From a virus: a stretch of 64,000 bases of DNA. How positions within the stretch are numbered: position 1 is the first letter of the stretch; each line of letters starts with the position of its first letter. The DNA is taken from the IMG/VR virus record IMGVR_UViG_3300024999_000038, positions 86,269 through 150,268 of that record. The stretch is one strand, 5' to 3'. A model generated the notes under the pieces. That model did not search any database. It saw only the letters and a program-made list of their open reading frames with translations, and was not told the DNA's origin. A program made the translations under genes and the position numbers. Shown here piece by piece: positions 25,297-33,688 of this stretch.

Positions 25297-28058
25297 TACC
25301 GTGAATATCAAATTTCGTGGGATTGTAAGAAAGGAGTAAAATATGAAAGTAATTAAACATGAAAGTTATATTTACCCTAAAGTTGATATGAGTATAAGTT
25401 TTATTTGTCCGAGGTGTCTTACCTCAGTTGTGATCCATATAGAAAAAGAAGGACTATACGGCAATGAGTTATGTGATTGTAATCAAAGATATCAGATTAG
25501 TAAACCAGGACTAATTGATTTTTTCAATCATGAACAACTATAGGAAGGGGGTTTAGATTAATGGAAGAATTAGATATTTTTAGCGTTAGCTTAAAGAAAA
25601 TTGAAGGAACTGTACATGATTTTGAACAAATACTAAGAATTAATCCTATGTTTAGTAGTTTACCTGAAAATAAAGTCAAAGAAATAGAGAATATTGTTAA
25701 TAGTGCTGTTGAAAGTATTCAAATGATTTTGAGAGATTAAATACTAGCAAAGAGTTATTTCGAATGTTTTGAAGAAAGTAGGAAATTAAATGCTTAAAGG
25801 CCAAAATGGAACAACTATCTTGCAAGTAGAAAATGGAGTAGTAAGATTATGCCATGATATGGTTACTTGTAGTTATACTATTGGAATTAGAACTGATAAA
25901 GACTTCCAATGGAAAGATATAAGTAAAGAATTATATGAATTAATGGTTAAAGAATTATCAAATAAAGAAGGAAATAGGTGGTAAAATAATATGAAAGAAA
26001 GGAGGATCAATTCTCATGAAAGATATTTTTAATTTTGAACTAGATGAAAATAATAAAAAGAAATTTCCTAGTTGTGATTTTGTATTCAAAGCAGAAAAGG
26101 AAAATGATGGAAAGTATAAAGTAACTTGGATTGAAGATGGAGAATTAGAACAATCGTATATAGGAGAGAAGAGAATGAAGCAAGGATTAGAAGAAGGGTA
26201 TTGGGTTGTAAAGGATGATTAGAGATGTCAATTCAAAGAATACATTTAAAGGATAAAGGATGGAATTATTAATGAATAAATATAATGAATTAGAGAACCT
26301 AATGTATGCAATCGGAAGACAATTATATCATAAAGATAGAATATTGTATGACTTATTCGATAGTAGATTTAATCATACATATGTCTCATTTGGATATTGC
26401 TCCTCTGAAGAAGATAAAATTCAACAATTAGGAATTATTAATAATCTTATGGAAGAGTTTTCTTTAATTGACTTAATAAAAATGGCGATGTCTCATTCAG
26501 ATTACTATAGATTATATCAATTAAATTGGTGGATTGGTAATTACACTGAAAAGATAAAGGATTATAAATTGGATTGTGAACCAATAGTAAAATTAATAGA
26601 TATTAAAGATGCATTTGATAAAAGAATTAATAAACTAGAAGACGAGAATTTAAACAGTTGGAGAAAATCAGATGATGATATATTGCATTCTCATTATCAT
26701 TGGTGGATAAATAATTTAATGAATAATGAAAATTATGCTATATGGGCCTTACGATACAATGATACAAGAACTTTTGATACTTTTCATCTGAGTAATTGTG
26801 GTGAAAAAATATTCCCTAAAATTATATTGCAGTACATTTTGGATAATCATATAATTCCAGACCAAATTAATAAAAATGCAGAAATAGAGATAATGAGTCC
26901 ATTTAATAATTATGGTACAAATGGTTACAAAATAAAAACATCTTCTAATATGGGCGGAATGTGGTATATGATTTATTTGACAGCTAAAGAATTTCAAGAA
27001 ATATATAAGAGCGTAGGGAGTAAGAAAATAAGTGATATGAATGTAAGACCATTTTTCAGTTATGTAAATAGTTTGAACGAAGGTGATGAGTTAAACGAAA
27101 AATTCTATTTGTATTTTAAAAAATGAACTAAAAATGAAGACTTGGTAGAAAATGATAAATTAAAATCATTGCAGGAGTAGGCTTTCAGGGTTCGGTACAT
27201 GGCATAAAACATGTCTTTCGTTGGATTATAAGGAGAATTATATGCATAAAATAAAAGGATATTGGAGTAAATTTGTTTTAATTCAAATGATAGTAATAAT
27301 ACTTTTATCTATAGTTGGATTGCCTAAAAGTAATTCTGGTATGTATTGGTGGATGGGAGTCACTTTTGTTGATATGATTGCTACTCATCCTGTATTTTAT
27401 GAAGAGGAGGAAGATAATCATGGATTTAGCAGACGTAATTAAAAACTGTAAAGAAGGCGAAGTATATAAAGCTACTTATGCTTTATGGAATAATTGGTAT
27501 ATAACCAAAAGCGTTGGATTTATAAGATATTGTGATGAGAATGGAAATGTATCCAATGAAGATGAAACAATTAAGTTGACTCCTAGTAATTTAAGAGCAG
27601 AATATGAATTGATTAAGGGATAGAAAGGAGCAGTGAATAATGGACGATGGAGGAGTACAAGAAATCAAAGTAATACCATTATGGGCAAGAATCATATCTT
27701 GGATATTTAGTGGAGTGATCACCATTATGGGGATTATAATATTTATTATTGGTTCTTGGAGTCTAGGAAGCAGTATGTTGAAAGAAATTAATACATTTGG
27801 AATGTTAGAATCTTTAATAACATTAGGAATGGGATTTTTAATAATGTTATCTTCATTGTTGTTTGCTACATTATTTGTTTTAATACTAAAACGTTTAGTG
27901 AAATGGAAATGGTTATAAACAATTGAAATTTAATTATATATTGACGAGAGGATGTGATTGTAATGTAGAAATAAATATTTTGTTGGACAATGAATAAAAA
28001 ATAAGCTGTTGGCAATACTATCTACCAAGGGAATAAATTAAAGGTAAGGTGATAGTAT

Positions 28059-28490
28059 ATGCAAGTAGTAAATAAAGTTGCACAACATAATCAACCACAA
28101 CAATTTAATAGAGGAGACATTTACTTAGCTACAGTTGAAAATAATGTCGGAGGGTCAGTGCAAAATATTTGTCAGAGACCAATGATTATAATTTCAAATC
28201 CTATGAGTTTACTGCACTCGCCTGTGATTCACGCAATTCCATTATCTTCTAAGACTTTTAAGCGATGGATTCCAACTCACGTTTCTGTACCTATGGCTAG
28301 TAGTGGTTTATTAAAGGATTCAATTGCACTTTGCGAACAAGTAATGTTGCTCCCGAAAGAGGTTTTTAGTAAAAAAATTGGCACATGCAGTAGTTTAATT
28401 GTAAACAAATTAGAAGAGGGTTTAATGGTACAATTCGGGTTGTTTAATCATAGTCAAAATGTAAGAAACAATGTTGCTTATGCAAATTAA
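28059..28490 (+). CDS. MazF/PemK family protein (orphan, divergent)
   Basis: RGDIYLA, QRPMIIISN, IPLSS, PTHVSV, GLLKDSIALCEQV align with B. subtilis NdoA/EndoA motifs; no MazE upstream. Confidence 0.88.
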   Translation: MQVVNKVAQHNQPQQFNRGDIYLATVENNVGGSVQNICQRPMIIISNPMSLLHSPVIHAIPLSSKTFKRWIPTHVSVPMASSGLLKDSIALCEQVMLLPKEVFSKKIGTCSSLIVNKLEEGLMVQFGLFNHSQNVRNNVAYAN

Positions 28491-28512
28491 AGAAGGAGAG
28501 ATTATTTAAATA

Positions 28513-30111
28513 TTGGGGAAAATGAAAACTACAGAACAGTATAGACAAGATTTAGAAGAATACAATTTAAAATATAATACAAAAATAGAGTTAAAGAATG
28601 GAGTTGAATATAATGGTGCTAATACTAAAATATTACATATTTGTTCGTGTGGTAAAGAGTGGTTAGTTTCACCTTCAGGCGTTATAAATAGTAGTTCGAA
28701 AACAAGTTGTGGTTATACGTTTGCAGAAAAAGGAATCGATAATCTAGGGTATAATTTTTTAGAAAAATATTGGGATTATAAAACAAATAACGAATTAGGA
28801 ATTGATCCTTGGAAAATTAGTTGTAGTTCTGGAAAAGAAGTTTATATATTTTGCCAAGAGAAAGATTATCATGGAAGTTATAAAGTACGTTGTGCTGATT
28901 TTAGTAATGGAAACAGGTGTGGTTATTGTCAAGGATACTATTTGGTTCATCCTTTAGATAGTTATGGACAGTATTTAATTGATTCATTTGGAATAACCGC
29001 ACTAGAACTGTATTGGGATTATAATATAAACACTGTTGATCCTTGGAAGATTACAAAACAATCAAATAAGATGGTATATATTAAATGTCAGAGGAAATAT
29101 TATCATGGAAGTTATGGCATCAGGTGCAATGATTTTATAAAAGGAGATAGATGTGGATATTGTGGAGGTAAAAAAGTACATCTATTAGATAGTCTAGGAA
29201 CGTTACATCCAAAATCACTAGAATTATGGTCAAATATAAACGAAAAATCCCCATATGAATATATGCCTGGGAGCGATATGGAGGTTTGGTTTAAATGTGA
29301 CAACAAGAGACATGAAGATTACCAAAAAAGAATATATAATGCAGTAAACTGTAATTTTGGATGTCCGACATGTTCACAAGAACAAAAAGAATCTATCATG
29401 GCCTCCACACTAAAACAAGTACTAAGATATGAATATAGTCACACAAAATGGGAATATGATGCAGGATTTAAAATAGATAATAGTATTAGTAGGTATGATA
29501 TTTATGTTCCAGAATTGAATAACTTATTAATAGAATGCCAAAGTGAATATCACGATGATGAAAAACATATTATTAACGATCAACTTAAAAAACAGTTTGC
29601 TATTGATAATGGATATGAATATATAGCAATAGACAAAAGAGATTTTTCCATAATAGAAATACTAAGGTTCTTTATACCATACATGGATAAAATTCCTGAT
29701 TATGTACAATTAAATAAAAATACTACAAGAGGTTGGGATATAGAAAACGCTCAAAAATTGTTAGATAGTGGTCATACATATATAAATATAGCTAATATAT
29801 TAGAAACATCAGTTACCGCGATACGTGCAAGTGTAGGAGACAATGGGTTAATCAAACCAAATAATTATACTTTTCAAGGTGAAAATATTGTTTGTCTGTC
29901 TATGGATAATAGTTTAATAAAAACATATAATTCTTGCAGTTCTGCCGCCAAAGATTTAGGAAAAGCAAATGGAACAAGTATTAGTTCATGTCTAACTAAG
30001 AAGCCTCGTTCAGACACAGGGAAAATTCGTGAAACAGCTTTTGGTTTTAAATGGATGTATTTAGTAGATTATGAAAATATGATTAAAGATCAAAATAATA
30101 AACCTCCGTAA
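28513..30111 (+). CDS. Putative homing endonuclease: zinc-ribbon repeats, PD-(D/E)xK nuclease, NUMOD1-like tail
   Basis: Three repeats of WDY..N..DPWKI...C...YHGSY..RC.DF..G.RCGYC; YDIYVPELNNLLIECQSEYH; C-terminal YNSCSSAAKDLG...TAFGFKWMY. Confidence 0.75.
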   Translation: MGKMKTTEQYRQDLEEYNLKYNTKIELKNGVEYNGANTKILHICSCGKEWLVSPSGVINSSSKTSCGYTFAEKGIDNLGYNFLEKYWDYKTNNELGIDPWKISCSSGKEVYIFCQEKDYHGSYKVRCADFSNGNRCGYCQGYYLVHPLDSYGQYLIDSFGITALELYWDYNINTVDPWKITKQSNKMVYIKCQRKYYHGSYGIRCNDFIKGDRCGYCGGKKVHLLDSLGTLHPKSLELWSNINEKSPYEYMPGSDMEVWFKCDNKRHEDYQKRIYNAVNCNFGCPTCSQEQKESIMASTLKQVLRYEYSHTKWEYDAGFKIDNSISRYDIYVPELNNLLIECQSEYHDDEKHIINDQLKKQFAIDNGYEYIAIDKRDFSIIEILRFFIPYMDKIPDYVQLNKNTTRGWDIENAQKLLDSGHTYINIANILETSVTAIRASVGDNGLIKPNNYTFQGENIVCLSMDNSLIKTYNSCSSAAKDLGKANGTSISSCLTKKPRSDTGKIRETAFGFKWMYLVDYENMIKDQNNKPP

Positions 30112-30162
30112 TCAATACATAAATTCTAATAATAAATAATAAAAGGAGAGATAATATAATAA

Positions 30163-30780
30163 ATGGTTGAAACATTAATATTTAGTCTGCTGTGTCTAAA
30201 AACAAAATTTGATCTAAAACTAGGCAAACTCCAAATACATAAAGAATCATACCTAATAAAACCAATGCTAAAAAGATGGAGCATCTATCCTGTAATATTT
30301 ATGTCAATATTCTATGTCTATCTACAATACACAATAATGAATCAGAATTACTATTTTCTTCAATATCAACACATAATAAAGAATGCTATATTAGGTTCAT
30401 ATATGATTCTAGGGCTTGATGTTTTGTTTAGGCATGAAAAGTATAAAGAGTATATTATAGCCTGTTGTAGTCTCTTGTGTGGCTTTACATTGAATAAGAT
30501 TGTAATGCATTTCAATAATAATCTCATGCCAATCTTCCCATCAATATCTTATTCAACAGGTTACACGCAATATGGTATGATTACGAATGCTTCTAAATTT
30601 AGCGATTTTCATGTTCTCGGAGATCATACAACAAGATTGATATTTTTGGCCGATGTGTTTGATATAGGTGGTAGCATTTGGTCGGTCGGGGATATTTTAG
30701 TTAGATTATTTGCTTTTATAATTGTGTATTATGCGGGTAAAGTAGTTAGTAAAATGCATACGAACAAAATATTGAATTAA
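30163..30780 (+). CDS. DUF5317-like membrane protein
   Basis: GFTLNKIVMHFNNNLMPI and HVL...TRLIFLADVFD...SVGDIL motifs; several hydrophobic helices. Confidence 0.7.
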   Translation: MVETLIFSLLCLKTKFDLKLGKLQIHKESYLIKPMLKRWSIYPVIFMSIFYVYLQYTIMNQNYYFLQYQHIIKNAILGSYMILGLDVLFRHEKYKEYIIACCSLLCGFTLNKIVMHFNNNLMPIFPSISYSTGYTQYGMITNASKFSDFHVLGDHTTRLIFLADVFDIGGSIWSVGDILVRLFAFIIVYYAGKVVSKMHTNKILN

Positions 30781-30796
30781 TAAATAAATATAAAGC

Positions 30797-30825
30797 TTGC
30801 ATTACACTCTTACATATGGTATACT
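30797..30825 (+). promoter_or_regulatory. sigmaA-like promoter for receptor-1/agrD
   Basis: TTGCAT-17 bp-TATACT with extended TG. Confidence 0.7.
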
Positions 30826-30865
30826 TGTTTTAGATTAAGAAACGAATAAGAAAGAGGTAATACAT

Positions 30866-31687
30866 ATGCAGAGTGTAACAAATGCTTTGTTGAATACAGT
30901 ATTTGTAAGTTTACCAGAGGAAACATTTTACGCAATGATGACATTGATATTTTTGAAAAGATATGATCTATTAGATTTTAGAATGTGGAAAGAAAACATT
31001 ACAACACTTATGATACCTATAATTCCAGTATCAATATTAATTAATATATTTAGATATATTATAATTATAGATAAAATACAAATGATGATTATTACAATAG
31101 TGATATTTTACATATTGTTATTATATATTGTTATAAAATATAAAGTTGAAGATATTGAAAGAATACATATGAAAGTTTTATTAAACTTAGCATATAGCGT
31201 AGCAATATGGGTGTTCTTAGAAGAGATAACCTATCCATCATTATTGTTTTTGATGAATTACCCACTCGAATTTATATCAAATAATATATTTTGGAATTTT
31301 ATTTTAAGTGTTCCTTCAAGGATAATTGCTATGGTTATAATAATATACAACATAGTTAAAAATAGTAACGAAATAAGCAATATAGAAGTTCTTGACGTCA
31401 TTACTAATAATAAACTTTATCGAAGAATAATGCTTTTCTGCACAATGTCATTTATTTTATTATCATTATTCTTAATTAAACTTATTTGGTGTAATAAAAT
31501 ATTTGACAATAAGGTTCCTTTGTTTGAAAAGATTATTATTACTGAATCGCTTTTTGTTTTGCCAGTAGTTGTAATATTCCTAATAATTATATTAATCAAC
31601 AATCTTCTTGTAAAAGAAAAACAAATACAACAGTCTTATGAAAATCTTGTTATGCAAGACGACATAATGCTTGATGTAGAAGATTGA
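30866..31687 (+). CDS. Polytopic membrane protein, putative kinase-less peptide receptor 1
   Basis: About 7 hydrophobic segments; directly upstream of the agrD-like gene; ends EKQIQQSYENLVMQDDIMLDVED with no HisKA/HATPase; paralog of 33689-34552. Confidence 0.6.
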   Translation: MQSVTNALLNTVFVSLPEETFYAMMTLIFLKRYDLLDFRMWKENITTLMIPIIPVSILINIFRYIIIIDKIQMMIITIVIFYILLLYIVIKYKVEDIERIHMKVLLNLAYSVAIWVFLEEITYPSLLFLMNYPLEFISNNIFWNFILSVPSRIIAMVIIIYNIVKNSNEISNIEVLDVITNNKLYRRIMLFCTMSFILLSLFLIKLIWCNKIFDNKVPLFEKIIITESLFVLPVVVIFLIIILINNLLVKEKQIQQSYENLVMQDDIMLDVED

Positions 31688-31709
31688 TATGAAAGGAGGT
31701 GAAAAATTA

Positions 31710-31826
31710 ATGAAAAAGTACGCAATTATCGCTGGAGTGGTTGCTTTGTCAGCCGCAATGTTCTCAAATGTATTTGCTTCTATGTTCTTTTCTCATCAAC
31801 CAAAAACTCCTAATTGCATGAAATAA
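31710..31826 (+). CDS. agrD: AgrD-like cyclic lactone autoinducer propeptide, 38 aa (MKKYAIIAGVVALSAAMFSNVFASMFFSHQPKTPNCMK); not in the ORF track
   Basis: Strong RBS GAAAGGAGGTG; hydrophobic leader; x-x-F-F-x-HQP-K-x-P motif as in clostridial AgrD (CLWFT|HQPEEP, CPWII|HQPKVP); agrB 1 kb downstream. Confidence 0.88.
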   Translation: MKKYAIIAGVVALSAAMFSNVFASMFFSHQPKTPNCMK

Positions 31827-31838
31827 TTTTACCATACA

Positions 31839-31868
31839 TATAGGGAAGGACTTCGGTTCTTCCCTATA
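31839..31868 (+). terminator. Hairpin after agrD with cUUCGg tetraloop
   Basis: TATAGGGAAGGAC-TTCG-GTTCTTCCCTATA, 13-bp stem with one G-U. Confidence 0.8.
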
Positions 31869-31908
31869 AATCTAATATAAAATATTTTATAAATTTACTA
31901 AAAATCTA

Positions 31909-31936
31909 TTGACATATCTCCCAAATATGGTAAGAT
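31909..31936 (+). promoter_or_regulatory. sigmaA-like promoter for HTH-MazF/agrB
   Basis: TTGACA-16 bp-TAAGAT with extended TG. Confidence 0.65.
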
Positions 31937-32003
31937 GTATTTAATGAAGTTGTAAATAAATTATATATACATCATTATAAATTGAAAAGGGAGTTGTGTT
32001 ATT

Positions 32004-32792
32004 ATGTTTGAAAAATTTATTGGTAAAAAAGAGAGTACTATTACTGAGGAGAATACAAAAAAGGATTTCAAAAAGTTGGCTACATATGTTACTTTAGCCA
32101 AAGGCCCAAGAACTATTAATGGATTCGCAGCAGACTGCAAAACAAATGCTGACTATCTAGCTGATATTATCCATGTAAAAATCAATTCTTATCCTCAAGT
32201 TCAATTTCTGAAAATAATATCTGAAAATTCACAAGGCAGAGTTTCATTAGATGATCTTAAATTATCTTGTGGATATTCTTTATATGAACATAATGATATG
32301 GAGCAAATAAAAAATATTAATGTTCGCAGAGGATGGTTTTGTTACGTAAATCTAGGCCAAGTTTTGGACTCGGAATATGGGGGAAATCGAATGTGTTTGG
32401 TAGTGCAAAACGACGTAGGGAATCATTTCTCAAGCACATCAATTATTTTACCATTGACTTCTAGAAAATCAAAAGTAAAGCTTCCTACTCACGTCGAAGT
32501 TGGAATAAAAAATTGCGGATTACCGCAAGATTCGATTGTTAGTTGTGAGCAAATTCGTTGCGTATCGAAAAGGAGACTTATTCAAAATGGAATAGTCCAG
32601 AAAGTATCAGAATGTCCTCCAGATGTAATGTTAAAGGTAGAGGTGGCTTTATTAAAAGCACAAGGAGTTATACATCTTAAAATGAATGAACAGGAAGCTA
32701 TTCAGCACTTAATGAACATGAATACCCAAAAAACATACCAGTATCAAAATAATTATGCTAGTGCAGGACAGCAGGTGGCCTATGCACGATAA
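32004..32792 (+). CDS. XRE-like HTH fused to a MazF/PemK endoribonuclease domain
   Basis: N-terminal AKGPRTINGFAADC...YLADII..P...LKIISENSQGRVSLDDLK..CGY HTH-like segment; C-terminal RRG, SEYGGNR, QNDVGNHFS, PLTS, KLPTHVEV, DSIVSCEQIRCVSKRRL with catalytic Arg and Thr positions retained. Confidence 0.85.
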   Translation: MFEKFIGKKESTITEENTKKDFKKLATYVTLAKGPRTINGFAADCKTNADYLADIIHVKINSYPQVQFLKIISENSQGRVSLDDLKLSCGYSLYEHNDMEQIKNINVRRGWFCYVNLGQVLDSEYGGNRMCLVVQNDVGNHFSSTSIILPLTSRKSKVKLPTHVEVGIKNCGLPQDSIVSCEQIRCVSKRRLIQNGIVQKVSECPPDVMLKVEVALLKAQGVIHLKMNEQEAIQHLMNMNTQKTYQYQNNYASAGQQVAYAR

Positions 32793-32808
32793 AAGAAAGG
32801 AAGATTAA

Positions 32809-33516
32809 ATGTTTTCAGTTCAAGATATTTCTGATCAATTGGCTACTAAACTATCAAAAAAAATATCATTAGATAAATTTAAAGAAGTTTGGGGGATCGT
32901 TATAAAAATATTCCCATCACTTGCTGATAAGCTTAATCTTGAACAAATAAAATCAATAAATGACTTATTAGGTTTATATAGTTATGGGATAACGGTATTT
33001 GTAGGATTACTATTCAAAGGCCCATTATTGATTATAATATCAATTATCTTTGGAATATTTACACCAATTATGTTTGTGGTAACCACATTTTCAAGTTTTA
33101 GGGTTGTAGCAGGTGGTTACCATATGCAGACATATTTAAGGTGTTGGATTGTAAGTTTTGTCACATTTATTGGATCTGCACTTATAGTCCAACACACACT
33201 TCAATATTGGTCTACCCAAAATATCTCTTCACTCTTCATATTTTGTATTTTAATGGGATTATATATAATTTTTAGATATATTCCTCGCGACACACCCAAT
33301 AAGCCAATTACAGAGCCATTGGAGATAGCAAAGTTTAAAAAATGGTCGTTATACTACTTAATTTCATGGGTAACAATAATGACCATTTTCTTATTCTTTA
33401 ATCTAAAATTAATTGTTATTTCAAGTTGTTTTGGATTATTATTGGAATTATTTTCAATAAGTAAAATTGGTTATAGTCTATATTCCCTTGTAGATGATAT
33501 TGGTATACATAAATAA
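32809..33516 (+). CDS. agrB: AgrB family peptide-processing membrane cysteine peptidase
   Basis: YSYG, FRVVAGGYHMQTYLRC (catalytic His/Cys), PRDTPNKPI; multiple TM helices. Confidence 0.93.
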   Translation: MFSVQDISDQLATKLSKKISLDKFKEVWGIVIKIFPSLADKLNLEQIKSINDLLGLYSYGITVFVGLLFKGPLLIIISIIFGIFTPIMFVVTTFSSFRVVAGGYHMQTYLRCWIVSFVTFIGSALIVQHTLQYWSTQNISSLFIFCILMGLYIIFRYIPRDTPNKPITEPLEIAKFKKWSLYYLISWVTIMTIFLFFNLKLIVISSCFGLLLELFSISKIGYSLYSLVDDIGIHK

Positions 33517-33688
33517 TATCTCACAAACCACCTTACTATCCCACCTTATCCCATAATTGCAATACTTTATTCAATTTATTTTTCCAACATTTATGATATA
33601 TTTACAGCAACAAGTAATAGCACATAATAACTGCCCCTTACTCAAACCACACCCACAAACTAAATAAAAAGAAGGAAGGAAACCCTAT

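Noticed and set aside
27640-28490. Classical mazEF toxin-antitoxin operon
   Set aside because: The upstream ORF is a two-TM membrane protein ending 140 bp away, not an RHH/AbrB antitoxin; no MazE-like ORF was seen next to either MazF
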